Positions 43,203 to 53,122 are shown, numbered from the stretch's first letter. The stretch is 64,000 nucleotides of DNA from an uncultured virus (IMG/VR IMGVR_UViG_3300018080_008055) (IMGVR_UViG_3300018080_008055), one strand, 5' to 3'. Notes: generated from the sequence alone by a model not told the origin. Translations and numbers: made by a program.

Positions 43203-44312
43203 TTAAAAAACTCTTTTTATAGTTATTTCCTCGCCATCAATTTCTAGTTTAGCTGATTCAAAACTTATTTTATTATCATAGCCAAGTTCAAAATAAAGTT
43301 CAGTAATCTCAATTTCAAGAGTCTCTCCGGTTAATATTATCCCATCCTTATTTACATAATAATCTTTAGCTTCAAAAGATGGTACGCCCTCTATATTACT
43401 TGTGTCTATGAAGATCGATAAGGAAAATATATCATTATAATATTTATCACTTCCTCTATTATATACTGTAAAATTAGTTCCTAAGAATATGTTTTGTATT
43501 ACTATGGCTTTCTTTTTATCAAACGATAATCCATCCTCTAGATCATTAGAGGATAAATAACTTTCTGAGCTTAGGTTTATCTCCGGGAAAAAAAATCTCT
43601 CAGATAAAATATTTGCAGTTGTAAAACCAAAATAACTCTGATAAGCCTTTGCATTTGGATATATTGAGGAATACATTTCGGCATCCTCTTCCTTCCAACC
43701 CTTATCCTCTAGTTCCTCAGCTATTTCTTCCATGTTTTTATCTTTATCAGAAATATCCTTTAGATCCTCAAGAAACGTATCATTTAGAACAATGCTATAT
43801 AGCATATCAATACAATCATTTGTTATGTTTTCATAATCCAAATAATTTGTATTTAGAATAATCCCATCTCCAAAATCTATGACATCTTCATAATCCATTT
43901 CCCTTGCTTGTCCCATTACATCCCATTCGGCATCATAATTAGAAAGATAAAAATCAATATCAGATGGTTTTTTAGAATGCCTAGCATCATAAGATCTCTT
44001 AAATTTCTCTGGAGTTCTAACACTTCCAAAAATCAATAATTTATCTTGATATTTTTTTGGAATAGTGATAAACCATCTCTTAATCTCATTTACCACTCTT
44101 AGATACTCTGCTTTCCAATTATCTTGAATTACGATTGTTCCAACTAATTTTCTTTTAGTATTATTTCTCTTTCTTTTTCTCCATTTCAAGTAAGATTTAA
44201 CTTGAGCTACTAACTGAGATTTAGTCTTAGTGGAATATCCTCTAAGATTATTTCTCTTACAGAACTCCTTTAATTCCTTAACATTCTTATTTTCTGGTAT
44301 GTATTTAGGCAT
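43203..44312 (-). CDS. Rho-N/HeH-like domain fused to a Pol-beta-type nucleotidyltransferase and an acidic domain
   Basis: VKELKEFCKRNNLRGYSTKTKSQL; LIFGSV...SDIDF. Confidence 0.65.
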   Translation of the reverse strand: MPKYIPENKNVKELKEFCKRNNLRGYSTKTKSQLVAQVKSYLKWRKRKRNNTKRKLVGTIVIQDNWKAEYLRVVNEIKRWFITIPKKYQDKLLIFGSVRTPEKFKRSYDARHSKKPSDIDFYLSNYDAEWDVMGQAREMDYEDVIDFGDGIILNTNYLDYENITNDCIDMLYSIVLNDTFLEDLKDISDKDKNMEEIAEELEDKGWKEEDAEMYSSIYPNAKAYQSYFGFTTANILSERFFFPEINLSSESYLSSNDLEDGLSFDKKKAIVIQNIFLGTNFTVYNRGSDKYYNDIFSLSIFIDTSNIEGVPSFEAKDYYVNKDGIILTGETLEIEITELYFELGYDNKISFESAKLEIDGEEITIKRVF

Positions 44313-44327
44313 ACGTACATCTCTTTC

Positions 44328-44543
44328 CTATAAATCTTTATAATAACTAACCATATATACTTTTGTCCATCTCTCAATATGTGGTTCTCCAGTACCAATC
44401 CCCCCAAAACTTAGCAATTGATTTCCTAAAGAACTTTTAATTATATTATACCCCTTTTCACTCATCTTCTTAGCAAATGCGTTTCTCTCTCTGAGTGCAA
44501 TCTTAGGATCATCTAAATTATAAAAGGTTTTTTGTTTCATCAT
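44328..44543 (-). CDS. Hypothetical protein
   Basis: ORF with a TATA-like element about 25 bp upstream. Confidence 0.55.
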   Translation of the reverse strand: MMKQKTFYNLDDPKIALRERNAFAKKMSEKGYNIIKSSLGNQLLSFGGIGTGEPHIERWTKVYMVSYYKDL

Positions 44544-44616
44544 AATAGAAGAATGGTTTTTTTATTATTTAAAAGTTAAGGAAAAAAAAGAAGAAACCCA
44601 CATACTTTTAGTTTGA

Positions 44617-44697
44617 CTAAAAGTAGCAAACCATTGCAGGTTTATTTTGTTGAAAGAAAGATTTTTTTTGTTGCTTTCTTCTTGTTGATTTTTTCAT
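44617..44697 (-). CDS. Putative 26 aa peptide carrying TRRK (not in ORF track)
   Basis: MKKSTRRKQQKKSFFQQNKPAMVCYF; TTGATTAACT-ATG RBS-like context; 9 bp hairpin over the stop, then a T-tract. Confidence 0.45.
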   Translation of the reverse strand: MKKSTRRKQQKKSFFQQNKPAMVCYF

Positions 44698-44827
44698 AGT
44701 TAATCAATATATTTTTTTATAATTAAAATTAGGCTAATAGTTTAATATACTTGTTGTTTAGAGAAAAATACAAAAACCAATTAGACAATTACCCTTTAGG
44801 TAATACATACATTCAATTCCATAATTT

Positions 44828-45673
44828 TCATAGATACATTTCATAATTATTGGAAATCCATATAATAAATATTATTGATAAGTATATCAGAGTTATAATA
44901 AGGCATGTTCTATAGACCTTAATTTTTTGTAATTCGGAATATTCTTTATAATTTATAGCAACTGTAAATACAAAAGAATACCAGATTAAATGATAAGCCT
45001 GGAAAAAAATAAAAATATTCATTTCATGGGAAAGTTTGTTATTTGTTGTTTTAGTTTGAAACAATAACTCTTGATAAAGAGGAATTATAGATAGTATAAC
45101 TATCAATGAAATTATCAAGAATCCAGGTATTTGAATAAATCTAATCTTTTTTTCATAATAAAGATTAATAAATATTAAGAGGCCTAATGCAATTATTGTT
45201 GTAATTTTAAATAAGCTAAATAAAAGAAACAAAGGAGAAAACCATTTTCCCCTATTTTTATGATAAAAATATATTCCGAATAAACAGAAGCAATCTACAT
45301 TGAAATTTACTGAACTTAACCAGATTATCGGTATCAGATAGATAAACCAAATATATTCCTCTTCAGATAATTTTCTAATAATCAGATAGATAAATAAATC
45401 CGTTAAGAAGAGGTGAACAAATAAGGCCGGTATTATCGGAAGTAAGTACATATAGAAAGCTAAAAAATAGAAATAGGATAGATACATAAAACCCTCGTTA
45501 TAAATTGATTCTCCTCTAAAGAAATTATTAACATCTAAATAATATATAGTAAAATCAGATTCATAGAATCCATAAAACATGAAAATTATTCTGATTATTT
45601 GAATTAAGAAGAGAGGTCCTATAGACATTAAATATCTTCTATTTCGTATCAAATCATGTAATTTAATTCTCAT
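44828..45673 (-). CDS. GT-C fold glycosyltransferase (GT87/DUF2029-like)
   Basis: Polytopic membrane protein with DFTIYY...GESIY...FMYL, NVD and FK motifs. Confidence 0.65.
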   Translation of the reverse strand: MRIKLHDLIRNRRYLMSIGPLFLIQIIRIIFMFYGFYESDFTIYYLDVNNFFRGESIYNEGFMYLSYFYFLAFYMYLLPIIPALFVHLFLTDLFIYLIIRKLSEEEYIWFIYLIPIIWLSSVNFNVDCFCLFGIYFYHKNRGKWFSPLFLLFSLFKITTIIALGLLIFINLYYEKKIRFIQIPGFLIISLIVILSIIPLYQELLFQTKTTNNKLSHEMNIFIFFQAYHLIWYSFVFTVAINYKEYSELQKIKVYRTCLIITLIYLSIIFIIWISNNYEMYL

Positions 45674-45801
45674 AAAAAAAAATTAGAGTCAAACTATTAA
45701 AAAGTTTAATATTTACAGAAAGTTATTTAGTATTAATTTTTCAACTCGTTTTAAATTAAAGAGTATTATTTTAGTAAAAAAAAAAGAAAGGATATATCTT
45801 T

Positions 45802-48287
45802 TTATTTATATCCCGGATTTTGAAGTAATTTTTCTATTTCATCAAGCAACTTCTCTCTATCGGCATTTTTCACTAAATCATTCCAAACCGATTTTTGTAA
45901 AGAATTTAAAATCTCTAATTGAATCAAATCCTTATTTCTCTCAAAAGTTAAACTCTCTTTAATCAAGTTAATTATATATTTTATATGTATTTTCTTTAAG
46001 CTCACAACTACCAATTTGTAAAACCTCTTAAGTCTTTATCAAATACTTGCTTTTTTAAATATACCAAAATAGTGTATATTTTAACTCCTTTTGAAGTTAG
46101 TCTAATTAATTTTTCTTTTTTCCCTAGCTCATTACTGATCTCAGTTATTTCTATAATTCCCTTTTCAATAAGAATATCCTTATTCCTATAAAACATTTTG
46201 ATATTACCAATAACCTTAAGTCTCAGATTAAAACTTCTATATGGAATAGAATTACTCCAAACTAGGAAGACTCCGGAATTATTATTAACATCTATATAGT
46301 CTTTTAGAATATCAATAATTTTCCAGATACCAATTCTTGATATAAACTCATGTAATTCTTTCATTTTTATCAACCCTATTAGGCTATTATCTCCATATCT
46401 TTAGTTGATTTATCTTCTATTCCATAAGATTCAAAATAAAGAGCTAGAAATTCCTTAAACTCCTCTGGTTTCTTAAGAAAATTTAAAATCCAATTTTCAA
46501 TAGTCAGTTCAATACTATTATTCTCTAAGTATTGCTTTCTTAACTCCTGATCGGCGATGAAATGGTGTTTTCCAATAGAGTCAATGAAAGAATTTATCTT
46601 TTGAAGAGCTGATTTATACCCTGCATAAAAGCCTTTCTTAAACCATTTTTCAGTTGTCTTAGCCATTTTATTAATCCTCTATGAATAATTTACGATTTTT
46701 ACAGAAAGATGATCTTTCCGGGAAGTTATGCTTACAAACTGCAAAAGGAAGAAAGTTATTCTCAGTTTTTTCCTCTTTCAGTTGTTCGTTTTCTTCTTTA
46801 GAAATTATTAAATTATAGCTATTTCCAAGAATAGACTCAAACATCTCCTTTCTTGATACATTCCATAGATCATTTCTCATTTGATTAACAAAATTACAAA
46901 TCTTTTCTAGATCATTAGATTTTTCACAAACATAAGACGTACCGGAAAAATTATTTTCAACCACTAAGGCTAATTGCTTATCGCCAAAATAAGTAAAAAG
47001 ATTGTTAAGTTCCTCCATAAGATCCATTACGACCTCATATTCTCCGGAGGATAAGTTCTTCCAAATCTTTAACCTATGGTTAGGTAATCCATGTTTATTT
47101 TGAGACTGAATAGGTATCCATTGGTATATGTCAATTTCAGTTAGAGAATACCCTAAGTGATTAATATCTTCAGTATTAAACTCACTTTCACATATATAGT
47201 GTTTATCATACATCTAATTTAGGCCTCCTTACTTATAATACATATTGATTAAAATTTCAATTAATTCTCCTAGTCTTTCTTGATCATCTTTAAGACCTCT
47301 AATTTCTAAAGTCTCTTCCTTATTTTCCATTTGTTCAAGAAGATCTTTGATAGTACCTCTAAAGACTGATAGATAACCCATTATAGCTATCCCAATTGTA
47401 TCAGATTCAGTAAGGAGTCTAAAAAACCTTTCTTCTGTACTTTCTTGTTTTTTTGACATTTTTTTCTCCATTTTTTGTAGTATTTTATTCCAATCGAATT
47501 GATTGTTTTTTCCAGGCTAATCGAATTGGTTAGCTCTTAAAGAAAAAAACTAAAGGAATAGACTTCCTCCAAAATACTTAATTAAATTATTGATATAGCT
47601 AATTATTTCCGGATTCACACAAAGACCTTTCTCTATTGTTTTATGGAATAAGCCAACAAATTCAAAAAACTTGTCTTTGCATGATTCAAGTTCCTCCTCT
47701 CTGGGATAATAGATCTTTTCTCTTGGAATATTAGCTAAAATAACCTCTGATTCTTCTTTATTTTCCATTATTCAAAGCCTCCAAATTATAAATAAAAGAA
47801 AGGAAGTTCAAATGCTTTAACCCATTTAACTTTAATCTTTTTTGCAACCTCTTCCTCTGATATTTTACAGTTGATAGCTAATTGTTTGATTGATTCCTCT
47901 TTTATTTGGTTATAAACAGATTCAAGAACTAAATAGTCAAATTTTAATACCATTTTTTACTCCTCCAATAACCTCTTATATGAAGATATTTAATACTTTT
48001 GGTTTCAAATATTTTAAAAGTTTTTCGCAACGGAAGACCTCTAATCCATATTGTTGAGTCATTTCAAACATAACTTCATTCTCTCCAGGCCATTCCTCTG
48101 AGATCGAAGAATATTTATACTCTTGAAAATAATATTCATTTTCTTGTTTAACATCTTCTAAATATTGCATTATAATATCAGAAATACAAATTTCCTCTTC
48201 CAGAGTTTCTTGAACGGTCTTCTTAATTTCCTTAAGCCAAAGAACAAACTCTTTTTTACTTTCAAAACCCAAATCAGATAATCTCAT
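45802..48287 (-). other. Cluster of small hypothetical genes, including wHTH-like 46008..46373 and a 55 aa ORF at 47786..47953
   Basis: Track ORFs 45802..46014 to 47976..48287; LIEKGII...IRLTSKG in 46008..46373. Confidence 0.6.
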
Positions 48288-48380
48288 TTTCTTTTTTCCT
48301 CCATTTTTTATTATGGAAAATTATGATTTATTATGAATTATAATGATACTTACATATTTAAAAGTTAGCCAAAAAAGAAT

Positions 48381-48502
48381 GACTAGTCGTAAATTCTTCT
48401 AAGTGATTTTTATTCCAAATCCATTTTATTTAACTTTTCAAGTGAGAGGCCTAAGAATAATAGTTTTTTCCAGGAAATCAGAATCTTTTTTTTGATTATT
48501 TT
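48381..48502. repeat. Copy 3 (diverged) of the dispersed intergenic element
   Basis: GACTAGTCGTAAA at 48381, GAGGCCTAA at 48446 (same 65 bp offset as copies 1 and 2), CTTTTTTTTGATTATTTT. Confidence 0.75.
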
Positions 48503-48569
48503 ATAATTTATTTTTTTTACTGTTTTTTCTCAGATTGGTATTTCTGTTCTTTTCCTCTTATCCGTAATA

Positions 48570-48584
48570 CCGAAAAGTTTATTT
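48570..48584 (+). promoter_or_regulatory. Archaeal BRE-TATA-like promoter
   Basis: CCGAAAAGTTTATTT upstream of 48698..49327. Confidence 0.5.
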
Positions 48585-48697
48585 GGGAGGATACATTACT
48601 ATTCATAAGGATTCGGTTTTTTTCTTGTATGATAACGGATCTTACAATGGTTATTTTTGTTTTAGCCATACTACTTGCATTGGAGGATTAGAGAAAA

Positions 48698-49327
48698 ATG
48701 GAAATTAAGGATCATACTACTTGGAATACTAAGGATCTTAAAAAACTATTTGTTAGAGTTTCTAAAGAGGAGAATTATTTTCCAAAAATCATTGAGGTTA
48801 AATACCAAAGAGGAAATTTCTTAGGAAGAGCTGAATTAAATGGTTCTTTAGTTATAATTTATTTACCTCATAAAAGGTATTTTCTTGAATGGGAAAATGG
48901 AAAATATCGCCAAAAGGAGAAAGTTGCAGTCATTATAGAAAATGAGGAGCTTATCGAATTAGCTAAAACCTATGTCCATGAATTAAATCATAATAAAGGT
49001 CTAACTCATAAAGATATGGTTAAGGATTCTGAATTAAAGGTTGATTACATAAAAAAGTTCAAAGAAGAGTTTGTCATAAATAGAGATTCTAAACAAAAGA
49101 AAGATTTTATAGTTGAGAGATTTGAGAAAGCAAAAAAGAATTTAGACAATTGGTTAGATAAACAAGAGTTAGCTGATATTGAATTGGTTTTGGAGAGACA
49201 AAAAGACTCCAATTGGAAAACACTAATTCAAGCTCAGAAAGAAGTTGATCGTTGTTTAGGTTTTGTAAATAAATGGCTTAAGAAAGTTAAGTATTACAAG
49301 AGGAAATATCCGGAAAAATGTTATTAG
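48698..49327 (+). CDS. Zincin-like (SprT-like) metallopeptidase
   Basis: FLGRA...TYVHELNHNKGLTH; GGAGG RBS; coiled-coil C-terminus. Confidence 0.65.
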   Translation: MEIKDHTTWNTKDLKKLFVRVSKEENYFPKIIEVKYQRGNFLGRAELNGSLVIIYLPHKRYFLEWENGKYRQKEKVAVIIENEELIELAKTYVHELNHNKGLTHKDMVKDSELKVDYIKKFKEEFVINRDSKQKKDFIVERFEKAKKNLDNWLDKQELADIELVLERQKDSNWKTLIQAQKEVDRCLGFVNKWLKKVKYYKRKYPEKCY

Positions 49328-49372
49328 GAGAAAGATTCAAATTAGAGCCTTTTTTTAATTAAATCCTTTTTT

Positions 49373-49735
49373 TTATTTTATTTTTTTTAAGGTTGTAATT
49401 GAGAGTTTATACACTTTATTATGGCCTTTCCATAGCTTTTGAGATTTAAGATATTTTATTATTTGTTTTGAAGAGATAATTTCAATATTATCCCCATAAA
49501 CAAAAGCAAATCTTTTAGCCTCTTTGAGATCATTAGGCTTAATATAGAATCTTCCAGTTCTTTTTTTATTTCCCTCTTTTATCCTTATCTGAGCTGATTT
49601 AACTTCAATAGACCTAGCCGGAATATCTATACCATTACTAGTCTTTATTGCAGTTTTATTTAATTTAAACCGTTTTGCAACTCGTTTCTCAGCATTAATC
49701 CCATGAATTTTATTTCTGTTATTTTTTTTGCTCAT
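49373..49735 (-). CDS. PD-(D/E)xK nuclease-like protein
   Basis: GINAEKRVA...GID...IEVKSA...GRF. Confidence 0.6.
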   Translation of the reverse strand: MSKKNNRNKIHGINAEKRVAKRFKLNKTAIKTSNGIDIPARSIEVKSAQIRIKEGNKKRTGRFYIKPNDLKEAKRFAFVYGDNIEIISSKQIIKYLKSQKLWKGHNKVYKLSITTLKKIK

Positions 49736-49736
49736 A

Positions 49737-49922
49737 TTATTTACTCAGAGATTTAACAGGTTTTAAATGTCCAGATTCTTTAATAAAACCACTTTGATCG
49801 GTTATTTGCAACCCTAATTTCTTCATTTTTTCTTTTAGAGGTCTAAGTTTTTTGTTTAACTCACTAAGATTATCAGCTTTTATTATGATTTTATTTTCAA
49901 ATACAAGTAAATATTCTTTCAT
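49737..49922 (-). CDS. Small basic hypothetical protein
   Basis: Directly downstream of the promoter copy at 49931-49959. Confidence 0.6.
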   Translation of the reverse strand: MKEYLLVFENKIIIKADNLSELNKKLRPLKEKMKKLGLQITDQSGFIKESGHLKPVKSLSK

Positions 49923-50001
49923 AGTAATTATTTATATTAAAAAAATAAAAAGATTAGGTCTTAATATAAGTACCTCTTATGAATAAAAAATAGAAATTAA
50001 A

Positions 50002-50238
50002 TTAGTTAGGAACTTTTCTTGACCGATATTCTAGGAGATTCGCGTCTTTTTCTATTTCATTAAGATCTTTGAATATTCTATTCCAGATTGTTTGATCTTT
50101 CTTGAATTTAAACATAGGAAGAGAAATATTTAAGCTAGATAAATTTCTAACTGCTTTGTTTAGATCTTTTCTGAAGAAGAATAAGGCCTCTTCTAACTTA
50201 GGTTCTTTCTTCTTAAAATTCTCTTTTAATATTCCCAT
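50002..50238 (-). CDS. Small basic hypothetical protein
   Basis: Behind a promoter copy; ATG preferred over the track TTG at 50247. Confidence 0.6.
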   Translation of the reverse strand: MGILKENFKKKEPKLEEALFFFRKDLNKAVRNLSSLNISLPMFKFKKDQTIWNRIFKDLNEIEKDANLLEYRSRKVPN

Positions 50239-50425
50239 ATTAACCAATTTTTTTTAATTTAAAATTAGATTCTAAAAATAAAAAGGTTAGGTCTTAAATC
50301 ACTCCAGGAAAAATTTTTTCTTGATTGTATTATCTCAATATTATCGAGATATAGTATTTTCTTCGTAAAATAAAGGTTTCACGAAATATTAACTCTGAAG
50401 AACTTTTAATAAAAAGAAGAAAAAA

Positions 50426-50614
50426 TTAGAATAATTCCATTAATTTACGATCTTGAGGTCTATCATTGCTAAGTATATACGTTTTTCCTGATTTTGTCTC
50501 TATTATCACTTTGTCAGTATCTGTGAATGTTAGGTATTTGTAGTCTTTGGCTTTAGCAATTCTCTTGATCTCGTTGATTCTTGTTAATTGTTTTTTGGTT
50601 AATTTTTGAGGCAT
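50426..50614 (-). CDS. Small basic hypothetical protein
   Basis: MPQKLTKKQL...; track start 50623. Confidence 0.55.
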   Translation of the reverse strand: MPQKLTKKQLTRINEIKRIAKAKDYKYLTFTDTDKVIIETKSGKTYILSNDRPQDRKLMELF

Positions 50615-50863
50615 GATATTCAATTAATATATTGGTTTAAGTTTTATTTGAACTTTTTGTGTTTAAAAAAAGATCTTAATAGAAAAAAGGAGATTAGATT
50701 TTTTGTCCGTATCATTTCACGAAATAAAAAGATTAGCTTTAAATATTTTCACATCTTAATTTTTCGTTAAGTTGTATGTTTAAGCTCTCTGATCGCCTCC
50801 CTTAAATATCCTATTTGGGAGAGGATATTGACTTTTTTGGTTTTATAAATTAGAAAAGGTTTA

Positions 50864-51154
50864 ATGAAAAATCAATATATTAAAGAGGAAAAAGGAAAAA
50901 TGGTATATTTACATGGAAAAGGAAATTCAAGAAAAACGATTCTTATAAATGGATACAATTTGAAGTTAATGGATTTAAATTCCGGAGATTTATTGTTAAT
51001 TTTAACTTTAACTAATCGGATAATATTCTATGAAATAACTAAAAAATATATGAATAAACAAGTTTATGGTTCTAATCCGGGAAAGTTAATTAGGTCAAAT
51101 ACATATTATTATTCCGGAGGATTAAGTAAAAGTTATCATGGGATATTTTTTTAA
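50864..51154 (+). CDS. Hypothetical protein
   Basis: Plus-strand ORF filling a gap, convergent with 51151..51543. Confidence 0.45.
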   Translation: MKNQYIKEEKGKMVYLHGKGNSRKTILINGYNLKLMDLNSGDLLLILTLTNRIIFYEITKKYMNKQVYGSNPGKLIRSNTYYYSGGLSKSYHGIFF

Positions 51155-51543
51155 CCCATAAGTTTATCAAATATAAGCATACTAGGTAAAACTATTAAAA
51201 TTACAACAATAATTAGATCGATACTTTGACCTAATGCTAATCCAATCAAAAAGACTTCAACAACCGAAATTATCAATACCATTGAGGCCGTATAAAAATC
51301 TATTCTCCGGTTATATTGAATTGCATATACATATAATAATATAATCAATAATACAACAAATCCAAGTATTACCATATATCCGGTTAATGAATTAATTAAG
51401 AAAGTCGGAGACTGAAATATCCCAACAGATAATAGTCCTCCAATAATCGAATCTATACTTGTTTTTAGCATTAGTTTTTTATGATCTATAGATTCTTTTG
51501 GCTTGTTTCTAGGTTTTTTTCTTCTTGATTCAGTTTTACTCAT
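51151..51543 (-). CDS. Four-TM membrane protein with N-terminal SRRK
   Basis: MSKTESRRKKPR followed by hydrophobic segments. Confidence 0.8.
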   Translation of the reverse strand: MSKTESRRKKPRNKPKESIDHKKLMLKTSIDSIIGGLLSVGIFQSPTFLINSLTGYMVILGFVVLLIILLYVYAIQYNRRIDFYTASMVLIISVVEVFLIGLALGQSIDLIIVVILIVLPSMLIFDKLMG

Positions 51544-51557
51544 AATAGAAGATTAGA

Positions 51558-51833
51558 TCATAAATTTATAAAGTTTAACCCGGTAATTAGAATTATTCCA
51601 AGAAATATCATTAGACTAAATAAAAAGCCCAAGCAATATACAAAGTTAATCTTTATTTTAGATTTTGTTTTATTTAAGCTAAAATAACCTGATTTTAGTT
51701 TCTCTAAATGTTTATCATTTATCTTACATTCTAAACAGCAATAATAATTCTTACCATTATAATCGAAACTACTAATAGTTCTTTTAATCTCCTTAGTTAT
51801 TTTCGTATTACAGAAAGAACATTTTTTTGTCAT
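51558..51833 (-). CDS. Zn-finger (TRASH-like) protein with C-terminal TM
   Basis: CSFC...YYCCLEC; hydrophobic C-terminus. Confidence 0.6.
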   Translation of the reverse strand: MTKKCSFCNTKITKEIKRTISSFDYNGKNYYCCLECKINDKHLEKLKSGYFSLNKTKSKIKINFVYCLGFLFSLMIFLGIILITGLNFINL

Positions 51834-51859
51834 TTTAAAAAAAAGGAAAAAAAAGTTAA

Positions 51860-52036
51860 TTAAAGATCTTGTAATTTTAAAGTCTTTCTTCTATTTTTCT
51901 TAGCCCTAGATACGCTTTCTTGTACTAGTTCTATTACCTTACCATTTAGGCCTCGTAAGTATTCCTCTGAGACTCTAATATCTCCGGATCTTTTAGCTAA
52001 TTCTCTTATTGCTTTTTTTACGATAAAGAAACTCAT
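51860..52036 (-). CDS. Minimal histone-fold protein, 58 aa (not in ORF track)
   Basis: MSFFIVKKAIRELAKRSGDIRVSEEYLRGLNGKVIELVQESVSRAKKNRRKTLKLQDL; RVS loop, A-x3-RKT-x4-D motif; ATGA overlap with the upstream gene. Confidence 0.85.
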   Translation of the reverse strand: MSFFIVKKAIRELAKRSGDIRVSEEYLRGLNGKVIELVQESVSRAKKNRRKTLKLQDL

Positions 52037-52275
52037 TTTTCTGTTTTAACCTCTTTTAATAATTCATTAAGTTGTTTTTTATGATTAGAGATATGTATTT
52101 GTATTTTTCCAAGTGTTTGAATATCCTTAATACGATTAACCTTTTTACTAATTTGGTTTAAGGATTTCTCCATTAGAGTCATACTTTTTATTAATGATCT
52201 TAGATCGTTAATAGTCTCTAATTTATCTCCATTAGTTTTTAATACTTGTTTTCTAGGCAATTTTATCAAATACAA
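52033..52275 (-). CDS. Small coiled-coil protein, translationally coupled to the histone gene
   Basis: ORF behind a promoter copy. Confidence 0.6.
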   Translation of the reverse strand: MYLIKLPRKQVLKTNGDKLETINDLRSLIKSMTLMEKSLNQISKKVNRIKDIQTLGKIQIHISNHKKQLNELLKEVKTEK

Positions 52276-52362
52276 TTTATACTATGAATAAATTAGAATA
52301 GGAGTTTAAAAAAATTAGGTTTATTTTCATTAGCTTAGAGTTTAAAAAAAAGAGAAAGTTGA

Positions 52363-52782
52363 TTAATCCATTTTAGTTTTTATTCTACCAATAATCCATT
52401 TCAGAATTTTCTTATTTTCTTCTATATTATCGTTAAACTTTTTGGCTTTAGAGATTTCAGATTTATATTTCCAGGTTTTTTCATCTCCAAGTTGATCCAA
52501 TTTATTAAGATCCTTTAGAAGACTCTCTAAATTATTGATTGTGGCCCTAGCTTGATATTCATTAACTAAAATTTTTGATTCATGGGATTTGATATAGAAA
52601 TTGATAACCGATTTTCCATTAACAACCGATTTATCTTTTTTTACAATTAATCCTTTTCTCTTAAGCATAGCAACTTTATCCGGAATTAATTTAGAATCTC
52701 CGGGAAAATCCTCTAAAGGTTGATATAGCTTGAATGTTTTATAAGAACCATTATGTTTAAATTTCTTTTCTTTTTTAGCCAT
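52363..52782 (-). CDS. Basic protein sharing its C-terminal domain with 39129..39536
   Basis: See 39129..39536. Confidence 0.7.
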   Translation of the reverse strand: MAKKEKKFKHNGSYKTFKLYQPLEDFPGDSKLIPDKVAMLKRKGLIVKKDKSVVNGKSVINFYIKSHESKILVNEYQARATINNLESLLKDLNKLDQLGDEKTWKYKSEISKAKKFNDNIEENKKILKWIIGRIKTKMD

Positions 52783-52846
52783 TTTAATTCATCTTCAAAA
52801 ATGTATTTTTAAATAAAAATTAGATTATAAAAATAAAAAGATTAGG

Positions 52847-53122
52847 TTATGAGGATAATTTTTCCGGATTTAATACTATTGGAATAAACTTTTTTAATAT
52901 TCTTTTAAAATCCGGTAAGGATTTTGCAGTAAAAATAAAATCCTTAGCAACAATCTTACCTTTCTGTTTTACATCAAAAAGATAATCATAAAGGCCAGGC
53001 TTACCACTAAGTACCGGAGATCTTCTTATATTAATTATCTCTATTTCATAGCATACTTGACTTTTAAATTGATTATTGAGTTTTTTCCAATCTCTCTCAT
53101 ATTTGCTTTTTTTCTTAGCCAT
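52847..53122 (-). CDS. Small basic protein, AKxL paralog family
   Basis: FTAKSLPDFKRIL; track start 53131. Confidence 0.7.
   Translation of the reverse strand: MAKKKSKYERDWKKLNNQFKSQVCYEIEIINIRRSPVLSGKPGLYDYLFDVKQKGKIVAKDFIFTAKSLPDFKRILKKFIPIVLNPEKLSS

Noticed and set aside
44603..44625. UAG read-through (pyrrolysine-like) suggested by the hairpin over the stop
   Set aside because: A TAA follows two codons later and no pyl genes are present.
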